DNA of 64,000 bases. Source: Chiloscyllium plagiosum (lineage: Eukaryota). The stretch covers positions 94,150,039 through 94,214,038 of the forward strand of contig NC_057718.1 of NCBI RefSeq assembly GCF_004010195.1, written 5' to 3'. Within the stretch, counting starts at the first letter, position 1; each line of letters opens with the position of its first letter. Shown here piece by piece: positions 49,717-63,268 of this stretch. A program made the position numbers and the translations under genes. The notes beneath the pieces were generated by a model. It did no database searches. It worked only from the letters and a program-made list of their open reading frames with translations, and was not told where the DNA came from.

Positions 49717-50756
49717 GATTTGATTTGATTTAATTTATTATTGTCACATGTACTAAGGTGCAGTAAAACATTTTGTCTTGCCTTCAGTACAAGTAGATCA
49801 TACCCTACAACGTGCATTAGGGTGATAGAACAGACCGAGGAATATAATGTACAGTCTGCAAAGTAGGTGCACAAGGAGCGAGATCAACATTAAATTTAAA
49901 ATTTGAGAGGTCCACTCAGAACAGTGGAGAAAATGCTATCTCTGAATCTGTTGGTACGTGTGCTTAAGCTTTCATATCTTTGTCCCAACAGAAGAGGTTT
50001 GAAGAGATTGTAACCGGGGTGGGAGGGATCTTTGTTGGTGTTGGCTGATGGAGTCAGTGGATGGAAGGTTGACTAGGGTGATGGACTAGGCTGTGATTCT
50101 AAGGAATGTCAGAGCAAGCATCAGAGCAAAATGGTTCAGTTCTGCTCCTGGTTTCTATGTTAGCTTCAAGTGCTGATGAACATCTTTAAGGAATTTTAAG
50201 AATTTGGATTTTCATTTATCCATTTTGGCTGATCTCCCCATTCATCAGTGATCCATGTACACCATCTCCACCTTCCGGAAGGTGGGCAGATAATTCTCCA
50301 CCCTTCATTATCTGCATCGGACAGTTGTGCTTGTTTTAATCAACATCCCTGACTTAACTGTGGAGAGGTTGAGGAGGTTTCTTACATATTACAATAGTTA
50401 ACCACTTGGTGGCAGCATTGGTTCATGTTTGAGTGAACTCAACCTCTTGTCCACGAAGCATAATAGAACAGGAGCTGCCAGTGGTGCAGCTATGGTGGTT
50501 TACAAGTCAGTGCATTGTTACTCATGTGCAAGATTCATTTTCTGGGAGCGACTGAACAACTTAGGCTTTTCAAACTTTATTTGATGCATTTTGGCAAAGT
50601 ACTTGTCTGAAAATTTAAGAGGTGGGTCAGTAGAGTATGGGGGAAATACAAGGGATTCAAATCATGTTTAATGCAGATGCCAGGTATTTCTGTCCCAGCC
50701 CTGCAGAATGCAGATACAGTTCATGTAATACAGGCACAGGAGGCCTGTAGGCGCAA

Positions 50757-50928
50757 GTTACTGCAGATGCTGGAATCTGTGCTGAAAACATAAACTGCTA
50801 GGGAGAAAGCAGGCAGCATTCATGCAGAGGGAGCAAGCTAATGTTTCGAGTTGAGGTGACTCTTCATCTGCTCTGATAAAGACTCATCTCGACTTGAAGC
50901 GCTGGCTTGCTTTCTCTGCACATGGTCT
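50757..50928. mobile_element. Palindromic Penelope-derived element (family D), decayed hammerheads; a related arm lies at ~36785-36900
   Basis: Minus strand CAGATGA-A-GAGTC-ACCTC-AACTC-GAAA-CATT-AGCT; plus strand CTGATAA-A-GACTC-ATCTC-GACTT-GAAG-CGCT-GGCT. Confidence 0.65.
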
Positions 50929-52130
50929 CACAAGTGCAACTGTGGCATTGCTAGTTGCGTCTCTTGCCTGATGATTCCAGGCACTACATAAATGCAAGTG
51001 TTTCTTCTTGCACCGAGGAGGTTGTACACGTCAGAAGACGGTGCCATCCCTAAGTGGCCCCAGGTCAGCTCCTGCCGCCAAGTCTTGGTCACTGGTCTGT
51101 CTGCTTCGCTTCCTCTGCGTGGAATCTTTCCTTTCTGAGACGCAGTCGGGATGGTAGCAGAGGGGCAGATATTTGGATGGGTTGGCAATGGAGGTGGAGG
51201 GGTGGGTTACCCCACTGCCTTCCCGCCAGCAGAGGAATCGAGTCCTGGGCGTGTTCCATCTTCCTGACCTGGCACCAACTGAGGCTCCTGAGAGTTCCAC
51301 AAATGACCACTCGAGGGCGCCATCATGCCACCTTCACGCATCCCATTCCTGATAGAGGTGCAGCCTTCCTCCTATAAAATGAAGTATAATGAAGGGATTG
51401 CACAGCATTGAACATTTGACTACACGGATAACGACGTTCTGTTGCAAAAATGTACATTTCCCTTCATTAAAAAAAAATATGAAAAGCCTGCCACAGGGTG
51501 TTGGAGTTAGCTGGCTTGTGTTCAGCCTGTAGTTTGTTGCAAAGACGTTGTATGGGGTTTGTTATTCCTGGAGGTTAGAGTTGCACAAGTAACATTGCTG
51601 AGGGTTTGCTAGGAGGCGATGACTTCTCAAGGTGCCCAGGCCCACCCATGAGGAATGCACTGCCTGTCCGCACAGCCTGTTCTCCACTGACTGGAATAGG
51701 AACACATAGTACAGGCACCATTCCCACATAGACGCTGCCAACTGCTGACTTTCTTGGGGTGGGAAGTTACGTGACACAAAGGATCCCTGGCCCGGCCCCC
51801 ACCCACAACTCACCAGCACAAACGGGAAAGCCCATTGTCTCCCTCACCTCCCAGAGATACCCAGGTGGTCACCCCACTTCCCGGGAGTCCCACTCTGTCC
51901 AGCCAACTGACTCGAGCACCTTGGCTTAGCTGCAGCAGATATTTCACTTCTGCTGCAACATATTGCAAGAATCTGTTGACTCAAATGTTCAATATCCTCT
52001 TTTTTATTCTGCTCATTCCTGTTATCTTAATGATTTTCCATCGCAATGTTATGAATTGTAGTTTCGTGTTTTCCTTTGTACCAGCTTCACAATTTGGCAT
52101 CTGCCACTGTGACCATTTTTCAACGAACCT

Positions 52131-52258
52131 ATTCCTGATGAAGGGCTCTTGCCCGAAACATCGATTTTCCTGCTCTTCGGATGCTGCCTGACCTGCTGTG
52201 CTTTTCCAGCACCATTCCAATCTAGACTCCAATCTCCAGCATCTGCAGTCCTCACTTT
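52131..52258 (+). mobile_element. Family-A Penelope-derived arm starting with a hammerhead motif (52131-52166)
   Basis: ATTC-CTGATGA-A-GGGC-TCTT-GCCC-GAAA-CATC-GATT. Confidence 0.8.
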
Positions 52259-52609
52259 TGCCTAAACCCATTAGCTCCCAGCCCACATTCTGCTGGCTCC
52301 TCATGCAAACCATGGACTACCTCTTGACCACGGTTCAAACCATTTCACCCCCATTTCCCCCCAGCTTCCATGCAGACCTCGAGAGACTCCGTTGCTGTGG
52401 AGCTCGAATCCTATTGGCCAATCTTCATCTTCTACATGACTGGCACGCAACCTCATCTCACCAAAAGAGTGGCAGTTCATTAGGAGTGGGGCACTGAGCG
52501 ACCAATTTCACAAGAATTCTTCTCCGTGTGTGTCAGGTGTAGTGCTTCCTTGTTCACTGACGTCAGTCACTGACTCACTTCTAGCAGGCCACATCTCCCG
52601 GCTCTGCTA

Positions 52610-53178
52610 TGCTCATTCTCCGTCTGCGCCACATCTAGACCATTCTCTGCCTGTAGCAAGTCTAGTTTATTGTCTGACTGTGCCAAGTCTAGACCATTCT
52701 GTGTCAGTGCCAAGTTTAAGAGAAAGTGAAGACTGCAGATGCTGGAGATCAGAGTCGAGAGTGTGGTGCTCGAAAAGCGCAGCAGGTCAGGCAGCATCTG
52801 AGGAGCAGGAGAATCGACGTTATGGGCAGAAGCCCTTCATCAAGGTTGATGAAGAGCTTATGCCCGAAGTGTAGATTCTCCTGCTCCTCAGATGCTGCCT
52901 GACCTGCTGTGCTTTTCCAGTGCCAAGTCTAGGCAATTCTCTGTCTGTGCAGGTCTAGTCTATTGTCTGACTATGCGAAGTCTAGTCCATTCTATGTGTC
53001 TGTGCCAAGTCTAGACCATTCTCTGTCTGTGCCAAGTCTAGTCCATTCTATGTGTCTGTGCCAAGTCTAGTCCATTCTATCTGACTATGCCAAGTCTAGT
53101 CCAATCTCTGTCTGTGCCAAGTCTAGTCCATTCTATCTGACTATGTCAAGTCTAGACCATTCTCTGTCTGTGCCAAAG
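52610..53178. repeat. ~27-29-bp tandem repeat interrupted by a palindromic family-A element (~52720-52918)
   Basis: Unit TGCCAAGTCTAG(T/A)CCATTCTCTGTCTG. Confidence 0.88.
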
Positions 53179-53339
53179 CTTGTGCATTCCCATCCTATGA
53201 TCTCCATCTTTTGTCTTCTTATGCCAGCTACCCCTGTGAAGTGGCCCCCAAAAAAGTGACAATTGTTGATGAAATGGGGTCAAATGGTCAACTTTGAGTC
53301 AAATAAATGTCAAGGTTACCAATTGTCTGGAAGAGTTTA

Positions 53340-54215
53340 ACACAGGAACAGAATTAGCCATTCAGCCTGGGGATCCTGTTAGGCCATGTAATGGCTGGTC
53401 ATTGAGCTCAACACCATTGTCCTGCACTGCCTCTATATCCCTTAGTCAATAGTTTCTCAAAACCTGCCAATCTCTGTCTTGAATTTTCTCAGTGGTTGAG
53501 CATTCACAGCCCTCTCGGGTAGAGAATTCTAAAGAATCGCTGAACGCTTTGTAAAGCAATCTCTCCCCATCTCAGTTTTAAATGGCCTACCCTGTATCCA
53601 GAGATGACGTCCCCGGGTTCCAGAGTCACCACAGGGACAATGTCCTCTTTACATTTCACCTGTCACACCCTGTGAGAATTTTGCAAATTTCAATGCATTC
53701 CAATCTTAAAACCTCCAGAGAGTACAGGCTCAGTTTCTTCCATTTTCTCCTCATTAGACAATCCCAGGGATGGATCTGATGGGCCTCAGTTGTACTCTCT
53801 CTATGTCAAGTGTATCCTTCCTTAGGTAAAGAGACTGAATCTGCGCACTACACTCCAGGTGTGATCTCACCAAGACTCTACATAACTGCAGCAAAACATC
53901 TTTTATCGGGAATCAAGTCCCTTAAAATGCACACCGATATACTATTTGTCTTCCTCATTGTTTCCGATCATGCTTGCTAGCTTTAGTAATGGAACCGTCA
54001 GACATGTACACTTCCCAGCCTCTCAGAAATCCTCTGTCTTTCGGGTTTTTTTTATTAAGACATATAAATGGCTTCAAACTGAATCACATTATATCTAAAT
54101 TGCCCTGTTCTAGTCCATTTACTCAGTCTGCCCAAGTTTTTTTGGAATCTCCTTGTGCCCTTTTCACAACCTACATTCCCACCCAGGTTGGTGCCATCAG
54201 CAAATTTGAAAGTAG
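53340..54215 (-). mobile_element. Decayed CR1-type LINE
   Basis: FKFADGTNLGG..FQKNLGRLSKW on the minus strand, plus a tail at left. Confidence 0.7.
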
Positions 54216-54513
54216 GGGCCAAGGAGTGTAATGGAGACAATGGTTAAGGAATGGAGCCAGTGGCGAGGGATGAAGACAATGACTTTGATCTTTCCTATAT
54301 TTAGTTGGAGGGGTTTTCTAGTTCCAGATGTGATGGTGTATTGAAAATTGCATTGTGAATTTTACTCAGCTGGGTGTGCCATGGGCATATTTAACAGCAG
54401 AGTGAGGCTGCTCGAAAGAGGATTGTAAATAATAAAGGGTCCTTTCTTAACGGATGATGCAGTTCTCATTCTAACATAGGTGTGACAGCTGGCCCTCCCC
54501 GCCCTCCCTGCTC

Positions 54514-55220
54514 ACCATCCAAGGGCCGAAACAATCTTTCCAGCCGAAGCAGCATTTCACCTGTACCTCCTCCAATCTTGTGGACTGTATTCGCTGCACC
54601 CTGTGTGGCCTACTCTACATTGGAGGAACCAAGCACAGACTGGGTGATTGCTTTGCAGAACACCTCCGGTCTGTGTGCAAGCATGACCCCCCACCTTCCC
54701 GTAGCCAGTCATTTTAACACAGGCGTCCTGCTGGCATGCTCCACGTGTCTGTCCTCAGAATGCTGTAATGCTCCAGAAAAATCACAGTGCAAAGCAGAGG
54801 AGTGACATCTCGTCTTTATTCAGGACACTTTACAACCTTCTGGGCTCGATATTGAGTTCAACACCTTCAGATTAGTGAGCCCAATCCTTCCCTTTCTTTT
54901 AGCTTTGTTTGTTATGTTCTCTGTCAACCCCTTTGCCCTCTCTTCATGCCAGTGGGACTGTCCGTTCTTTCCAATCTGGCAGTGAGACACACCATTGTTC
55001 TGCCATTCTCACATTCTGATCACTCAATTTGAACTATCAATATCCTTTCTCCTCCCAGCACTCCAACAGCAACCCCCCCGCCAACGATGTAGCATAAGTG
55101 CTGCCCCCTCCACACTTCACTTTAGTTCTGATGAAATCATCTAGACTCAAAACATTAGCTTGCTCTCTATTTGTGGATCCTGCCTGACCCATTGTGGTCT
55201 CCAGCAATTTTTGCTTTTAG
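54514..55220 (+). mobile_element. Penelope-like element 3' part: GIY-YIG endonuclease pseudo-ORF (54514-54871), 3' UTR and decayed hammerhead (55124-55160)
   Basis: Manual translation: TIQGPKQSFQPKQHFTCTSSNLVDCIRCTLCGLLYIGGTKHRLGDCFAEHLRSV, then (after frameshifts and stops) LPVASHFN..KAEE*HLVF..TLQPSGLDIEFNTFR. Confidence 0.85.
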
Positions 55221-55499
55221 TTCTCATTTCCAACAATGTCCGGCCGACTATTTCTAGCTCAAGAAGTTCAAAAAAGTCCTGACAAACCAGAGGCAGTGGG
55301 AAAGTTCAAGTCAAGTGAGATGGTGCTAAGGTACACCTGGCTATTTTGCTCAATGCTCTGGTCAGTAGACCCAGCACGGATCAGGATGGAAGGGAGGACA
55401 CCTGTGAGGCTCTGGATCATCATGGAGGACATTTATTCATGGATCCTCCATTATAGAGCGTGAGGGCTAATTTCAGTGTCATTGATGTCTGGTTTTCCT

Positions 55500-56340
55500 C
55501 AGGTCTTTTTCTCGCCAAATGTGAAGAGTCACTATTGTGTCTATTGCCCTGTTCAAGTCAAGTCTTAGTGCGGACTCAAACAGATCCTGCCCATTGAAGT
55601 GCACAGCAGACATAACCTTCATCTCAAGACAAATTCAACAAAATTGGAGAAAACAGAACCAACTCAATAACATCACCTTCTTTGACTTCAGAAATATGTT
55701 TGACTCCATCAACTGGGAGTGTCCTCCTCAAATTCCATTACCCAGAGAAATTCCTCACTGTCTTTCACCTGAAATGCAACTGTGATCATCATCAACAGAC
55801 CCACAACAAACTAGGGTCAGGCAAGGCTGAGTTTTCTCATATCTTCCCAATCTTCCTCACCACATCACCCCATATCCAGGAAGATGCCCGTTAGAGTGGA
55901 GCTTCTCTAGAGGATGAACGGGAAACTGTTCAAATGGTGTCACCTCCAGTTCCGATCTAAGACCAGCTCAGCTCTCTTACCTGGGTTGCATTATGCTTGT
56001 GGGTGCACGCACTCAAACACTGAGAGCCAAAGCATCGTTGCTTCATTCTCCAAGACAGTTAAGGGAGTGGCATTAGGCAAAGCAACTAGAAGACACAGAT
56101 GCCCTTCCAGCCAACTTCCAATGTGCAATACTGTACCCTGGCTATCAAAATCCACAGTGAGTCACTTGAGAACATGGATCAATTCTCATAGTTTGGAAGT
56201 ATCCATTCTTTGAGGGTCGGTGATGTTGATGAAATTCAACATCGCCTCCAGTGGCCAGTGCATCTTTCAGTAGAATAGGATGTTTGTTGATGAAACCTTA
56301 AACCTGACACCAAACACATGGTCCTCAGAGCAGCAGCAAG
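55500..56340 (+). mobile_element. Decayed RTE-like LINE RT fragment
   Basis: ITFFDFRNMFDSINWE, GVRQG and NGKLF remnants. Confidence 0.5.
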
Positions 56341-56369
56341 ATGTACCCTTTAGTATGCATAAAAAAGAC

Positions 56370-56845
56370 ATAGCACAGGAACAGGCCCTTTGGCCCTCCA
56401 AGCCTGTGCTGACACATTTTGCCTTTCCATACTAAAACTGTCTTCACTCACAGGATCTGTATCCCTCTATTCCTTTCCTGTACATGGATGCGTGCAGGCG
56501 TATCTTGAATGCTGCTGTTGGGTCTGCTTTCACCACTTTCTCTGGCAGCGCATTCCAGGCATTCACCACCCTTTTTGCGTGAAAGACGTGCTTCGCACAT
56601 CTCTTTTAAACATCCCCCATCCTGCACCTTGAACCTGTGTCCCCCTACTAATTGACCCCTCCACCCTGGGAAAAAGCATCATGCTTTCCACTCTATCCAT
56701 ACCATTCACATTCTTATAAACGACTATCAGGTTGCTCCTCAACTTCCAGTGAAATCAAACCCAGTCCGAGCAAAACCTTCCTTCCGAGCAAAAACCCCCC
56801 ACAACAGGCAACATCCTGGTAAATCATTTTTGTACCCTCTCCAGT
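56370..56845 (-). mobile_element. CR1-type LINE 3' fragment
   Basis: CACAGGAACAGGCCCTTTGGCCC tail; RVVNAWNALPE on the minus strand. Confidence 0.75.
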
Positions 56846-57264
56846 GTTCAAGTCAGGACAGTGTGTGACTTGGAGGGAAACTTGCAGGGAGTGGTGATGC
56901 CATGCTTCTGCAGTCTTTATCTGGTGGAGATTGTGTGCCTGGAAGATGGTGTTGGAGGAGCCTTAGTGAGTAACCTCAATGCAATTTGCAGATAGTACCC
57001 ACTTCTATGTCCATGGTGAAGGGAGTGAATGTTGATGGTGGTGGATGCTGTTGCCAAACAAGTATTCTGCATTGTCCAGGACATTGTCAAACCTATTGAG
57101 CATCTCTGGAGCTGCATTCATCCAGGCAAGTGGACAGCATCTGGAGAGATACCGAATGAGCGTTTTGTAATATTGGATTACACCCCTTCCAACACTTACC
57201 GATAGGCCCAGAATACTGAGGCAAATAGTACTGCCCTGCCTGAAATATAATATACATGTTCTTT

Positions 57265-57541
57265 CCATAGGGTAAGGTAGTCCAAAACTAGAGGGTATAG
57301 GTTTAAGGTGAGATGGGAAAGATTTAAAAGGGACCTGAGGTGCAATTTTTTCACACAGAGGGTGGTGTGTGTAAGGGATGAACTGCCAGAGGAAGTGGTA
57401 GGTGCAGGTACAGTTACAACATTTAAAAGACATTTGGATAAGTACATGAATAGGAAAGGTTTAGAGGGTTATGCGCCAAATGCAAGGAAGTAGGACCACT
57501 TTAGTTTTGGAAAACATGGACTAGTTGGACCAATGGATCTG
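57265..57541 (+). mobile_element. CR1 3' end, split by the Gypsy element (continues at 63269-63528)
   Basis: ERFKRDLRCNFFTQRVV; the tail resumes as ATCTGTTTCCGTGCTGTAT...GACTCTATGACTCTAT after the right LTR. Confidence 0.88.
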
Positions 57542-58189
57542 TGGTATGGACTAGGCCAGACCACCCTAAACATTCTTCAGGAGGCAACCCAAACCATAAC
57601 TTTGCAATCTGTTTCAGTAAGTGTAGAGTGAAAATTACCCGGAGTAAGTTAGCGAGATTGACTACCAGGTTTTAAAACAGACAAAAACGTTTTCACAAAA
57701 TACACGATTGAACACAAAGTGCTGAATAAAGAACCCCTACAGAAGTCAGTCTATCCAAACTTGACTTAATTTTGCTGTTCCGAATCTACGCAACAGTCCC
57801 AATAAGCAAACCCCTTGGAAAAAAAGCAGTAAAAGTGGAAAAAATGCTTACAGATTGAGGTTAGAAGGGCAGAAGGGGAGAAAGTGTAGCAACCCATTTC
57901 CAAGCAGCTCACTGTTGAACTCCTAACTAGTTTTGGACTGAACTGCTCAGCTAGAGAGCTGACCACTCCCCTTTCATTATACAGGTCACTCTTGAAACAT
58001 GACCACTTTGGCCTGAAGTCTCATCTGTTTACAGATAAACAAAAGGCCTTTCAACATCCTTTTTCATCTCTGTACCAAACTAGTCTAATCGGAGCCTGGC
58101 CCGTTTACAATCCCTCTGAAAGAAACCAAGGACATGGTATCCTTGAGAAAAAGAACAGCTTTGAGAAAAGAGAGACCAGCTTTGTGACA
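57542..58189 (-). repeat. 3' LTR
   Basis: TG...CA termini; homologous to 62620-63268. Confidence 0.9.
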
Positions 58190-58768
58190 CCTCCCCCCTT
58201 AAAAAGCCATCAGTATCAAAAGATGGCTTCATTTTTAAAAACCCTTCAAAACAAACTGATTAGTAGTCTAAGCACACATATCCACTATACTAACCATAAA
58301 CATGCAAACATGAATAACCACATGTGAATTCAGGCCTTGCCACACCTGCCACCGAAAGCCTCCGTATTTCATTCAAGTCTCAATCACGGTTTTGCGACCT
58401 GCCACATGCACAATTGTCAAACTGAATGGCTGTAACAACAAGCTCCATCTAAGCAGTTTGGCATTTTTTGTCCTTAATTTTTTCCACAAATGTCAATGGG
58501 TTATGATTAGCGTCTCAGATGTATTGCTGGTAATATAAACACTGAGATGTTGTAATGCCAACACCAAGCTTACAGTCTCTTTCTCCACCGTTGAATATTT
58601 CTGTTGATGGATGTTCAACTTCCTGGAAAAATACCCGATGGGTCTTTTGATTCCCTCATCATCCTCCTGAAGGAGCACTGCATCGATACCCACATCTCTG
58701 GCATCGATAGCCACCTTGAAATGCTTCATGTAATCCGGTGTGGCTAATACTCAGGCAGTGGTTAACAC

Positions 58769-59012
58769 TGAGAAAAGGAACAGGAAGTGATTTCAACACA
58801 GGAAATAACATCACCACAGGAAATGACAACTCCAACTTAAAGAACCCCAAACATATAAAGAGAAAGCAGGAATTTCCAGCATTGCTTCGCCTGAGGTCCA
58901 CTGAAGATGTTACTTAGTAAGGTAACGAAACACCTGGGAATGAACATTCCAGCTCACTGAGCAAACCTACATCCAAAACCTCAACCTGAGCTACAAATCT
59001 TCTCAAAGCTCA
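58769..59012 (+). mobile_element. Penelope-type 3'-end insertion (family E) inside Gypsy pol, 10-bp TSD, hammerhead-like motif at 58898-58937
   Basis: TGGTTAACAC at 58759-58768 and 59013-59022; CCA-CTGAAGA-T-GTTAC-N8-GTAAC-GAAA-CACC-TGG. Confidence 0.75.
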
Positions 59013-62000
59013 TGGTTAACACAGTTTTTAGGCTGTCAAATGCCTTTTGACAGTCCACTGTCCACTGAAACTTCTTGCCCTTTTTTAACAATTCGGTGAG
59101 TGGAGCAGCCACACCGCTAAAGTTCGGCGCAAACATTCGGCAAAATCCATTCAATCCCAGGAACTGTAGTACTGCTTTTTTCATTGGAGGTGTGGGAAAT
59201 TCCCCAATTACTTTTGTTTTCACATCGCGTGGGGCCATTTGTCCATGTCCAATAACATGGCTCAGGAAGGTGACTTGGACTTTGGGAAATTCACTTTTGC
59301 TATGTTTACCATCAAGCCTGCCTTCCAAAGTTGGTCACACAGCTGATAAATGGTGTAAGTGTTCCTTCCATGAGTGACTAAAAATCACCAGGTCATCAAT
59401 GTAAACAACACAAGTGGGTAATCCAGCAAGGACCTTATTAGTCGGTCTCTGAAATGTGGCTGGAGCATCACTTTGTGGCATCACTTTGAACTGATATCTT
59501 CCATTTGGCATTATGAAAGCCTTTGATCTCTCTGACAGAGGTACTTGCCTGCAGCCTCTGAGCAAGTCCAACTTAGAAATGTAAATTGCTTGTCCCACTT
59601 TTTCGACACAGTCCTCCAACCGTGGAATTGGATATGCATCAGTCTCTGTAACGGCATTGACTTTGCGATAGTCCACACATAACCATTGGGTACCATCTGG
59701 CTTTGGCACCATGACTATGGGTGAGCTCCTGTCACTGTAACTCTCTTTGATTATGCCATCTTAGAGCATGCGCTGTATCTCCTTCTGAACCTGTGCCAAC
59801 TTTAGAAGGTTATGCCTCGAAGATCATTTAGATTTTCTTGTGGAAGGTAACTCAATAATTTATCCCAATTTTTGACAAATTCCTCATTGTCCAATTTGAT
59901 TTGAGGAATGTCCAATTCAGAATCCTCTGAACCTGGTTCTTCCTTCTTTACTGCAATCATTAACACCTTCTTCTCTTGCTTTCCTTCCCTATCAAAATAC
60001 CTTTTGAGCATATTCACATAACACACTCTGTGAGATTTCTTCCTGTTTGGAGTCCTTATCAGGTAGTTCGCCTCACTCAATTTCCTCTTAATTTGATGCG
60101 GTCAATTAAACCTGGCTTTTAAAGGCTCACCTGTTACTGGGAGTAGCACCAATACCTTATCCCCAATTGCAAAATTGCAAATTCATGATTCCATGTCCGC
60201 TTCCTGTTTCATTGTATGCAGTGATATTTTTAAATGCTGTCTAGCTAACTCTCCAGCTCTAGTTAATCATCTCTAAAATTTGTCACATTGTCCAAATGGG
60301 TGATCTCTGAATTCTGCCTTATTAATTCCTCCTTAATCAATTTTAACGGTCCTCTTACTTCATGCACAAAAACTAATTCAAATGGACTGAATTTGGTCGA
60401 TTCATTTGGTGCATCTCAGATCGCAAAAAGTACAAATGGAACTCCTTTATCCCAATCATCTGGATAATCCTGACCATAAGCCCTCAATATGGTCTTTAAT
60501 GTTTGATGCCATCTCTCTGGCACTCCCTGAGATTCCGGATGGTACGCAGTGGATTTGTATTGCTTTAATCCCAAGTTATCCATAACCTCCTTGAATAGAA
60601 ACTTATTCCCACTTCTTGTTTGAGGTAGGGGACCTATGCAATCAGTCAAGACTCTTGTGAAAGGTTCCTTAAATGTTGAAATAGGTATTAAAGGTGCAGG
60701 TTTTATTACTGCCTGTGGTTTTCCGATTAGCTGACATGTATGACGTACCTGGCAAACTTTCACTATATCCTTCTGTAGTCCAGGCCAGTAAAAATGTCTT
60801 TGCATTTTAGCCTGTGTTTTCCTCACCCCTAAATGACCTCCAAGTGGTAGCTCATGCACCACTCGCAGCACCTCCTTTCTATACCCTACTGGCAAAACAA
60901 TTTGATGAATCTCTGCCCATTTCTCATCTACTTGAATGTGTGATGATCTCCGTTTCTTCATTAAGACATAATTTGTTAGTAGTAACACACAGGGATGCAT
61001 TCACTCTCCTTCTACATATATGCCTTTCAATATAACTGTTTTAACTTCTCATCTCGCTGCTATAAATCAATAAACATAGCAGAGCTAAAGATACGTGCAT
61101 GTTTATCTAGTTGCTCCTGCTCTGTCCCAGTTATCTGATCAAAAAAAGTCCCTGATACCTTTTGATCTCTCCTGCTTCAACCTGTGCCTCTGTGATCTTG
61201 TGATCACACAGTCTGGGAAAATTCCTGAATAAACATCCTTCATTTCTTCAGTTGCCTGCATCTCCACTGGCTTTTCAACTAGAGTAGGCAGCACGCCTAC
61301 TGGTGAATCAGCTATATCATTTACAAGGACAAATTGTATTCCTGGAGCTGAGAGTTTTGTCCAGTACTCCTACCACAAATTCTTCACTCTTCTCTGGACT
61401 CTCTAGCCTCACTTTACATAATGGAGCACTTTTGTCTCACCATGAAATCCTTTTACCAGTACCTTTTCTGGCAAAAGTCCCTCTCAGGAGTACATATCTC
61501 CTCATCCCTCACCATTACGGACTGAGAGGATCCTGTGTCCCTTAATATTGTAACCTCTTTATCTGCTAATCTTGGTCAGTGTGAATACAATTTACTCTTG
61601 CGTGTATATTTTTTAAACAGATCTGGTGCTTCTTTCTTAATCAACCTCTGATCATCTTGTACACTCTGAGGCAGTTGTCTAACTTCCCTTGTGTTTTTTG
61701 TTACTCGTCCAATAGAACTCCCAGGTTTGTCTGGTTTTCCTACATCTGGCTTTGCCCTAGCCCACCAACTCTGTGATTTCACATGGCCCACTATATTACA
61801 ATGAAAACACTGGAGCTTTTTTACTTCTTCGTCCCCCTCAAGGGTTTCTTTTTTACCCTGTGGCAAGTTATCCTTATGATCTTCATTGAGATCTACCTGT
61901 CCCTTTTCATGTGAGGATTTCTCTTTGCCCAATTTCTATCCGTCATGAACTGAAATTGACTCTGGAAGCCAAACCAAGTTTTATGGACCAACTCATAATC

Positions 62001-62619
62001 ATCAGCCCCTTCAGCTGCTAACCTTACTGTTTTAACTCTCTGCCCTTCCACGTGAGTTTGCACTACTTCCTCATTAAGGTTATCTTCAGCCTTTATCTCC
62101 AGCCTTTTAAGCCGACTTTCCTTTTTAAGGGCCAGTTTCTGAAGTTCAAACGCGCTCTCTTTTTCTCTCTGTTCTGTGCTCTTTTTCTTTCTCTTCTGCT
62201 TCTCTCTTTTTCTCCCTCTCTTCTGCTTTTAATCATAACTCAAACTGTTTCGTTTCTGCTGCCCTTTCCTTATCTCTCACCTCTAACTCAAGCTGCTTCA
62301 TTTGCAATTGAATTCTTGCCATCTCTACAGATTCTGATGGTTTCTCCAGCAAGTTTAATTGCTGAGCTACTGCTGTAATTATCTCTCCTTTCCTCACAGA
62401 AGTAGGCAGGTCCAATCCCAGCTGCTCTGCTAAATCCTGCAGCTTGGTCTTATTCAGCTTTTGCAAAACTCTCAAAGTCACCGCACCCACATCCAGGAAA
62501 CTTTAAGAAAGAGCCATTACCCTATCCCAAGCTTTGTCTACCCAGCCTAACAAACACCTGAAAAATAGGCACTAACACCTACCACTCACTATTTAAAATC
62601 TCGCAAAGAGGCCCTTATC

Positions 62620-63268
62620 TGCTATGGGCTAGACCAGACCACTCAAAACATTCTTCCGCAGGCAACCCAGACCATAACTTTGCAATCTGTTTTGGTAAGT
62701 GTACAGTGAAAATTAACCGGAGTAAGTTAGCTAGGTTGACTACCAGGTTTTAAAACAGAAAAACAGTTATTCACAAAATTACACAATTGAACACAAAGAG
62801 CAGGATAAAGAACCCCTACAGAAGTCAGTCTATTTAAACTAAACTTAATTGTGCTGTTCCAAATATACACAACAGTCCCAATAAGCAAATCTTCTGAAAA
62901 AAGACAGTAAAAGTGGAAAAAATGCTTCAGGGTTTAGAAGTGCAGGAGGACAGAGAGCGTAGCAACCCGTTTCCAAGCAGCTCACTGTTGAACTCCTAAC
63001 GAGTTCTAGACTGAACTGCTCAGCCAGAGAGCTGACCACGCCCCTTTCATTATACAGGTCACTTCTAAAACATGACCACTTTGGCCTGAAGTCTCATCAG
63101 TTTACATTTCAACAAAAAAGGCCTCTCAACATCCTTTTTCATCTCTGTACTAAACTAGTCACCTCGGAGCCAGGAGGGTTTTATGATCCCTCTGAAAGAA
63201 ACCAAGGGCACAGTAACCTTGAGAAAAAGAACAGCATTTAGAAACAAAACAGGACCAGCTTTGTAATA
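62620..63268 (-). repeat. 5' LTR
   Basis: Homologous to 57542-58189; terminal dinucleotide mutated (TA instead of CA on +). Confidence 0.9.

Larger units (their letters stand above)
57542..63268 (-). mobile_element. Gmr1-type Ty3/Gypsy LTR retrotransposon, both LTRs present, internally deleted and degenerate
   Basis: LTRs 57542-58189 and 62620-63268; 5-bp TSD ATCTG (57537-57541, 63269-63273); PPT AAGGGGGGAGG at 58190-58200. On the minus strand: gag with zinc knuckle, protease ILRDTG (DTG at 61531-61539), integrase (~61000-59900), RT (CVDYRKVN..YIDD, 59712-59335) and RNase H (~58730-58400). Confidence 0.93.

Noticed and set aside
62600..62619. Primer-binding site of the Gypsy element
   Set aside because: Only a weak resemblance to a tRNA-Pro PBS and lacks TGG; too decayed to call.
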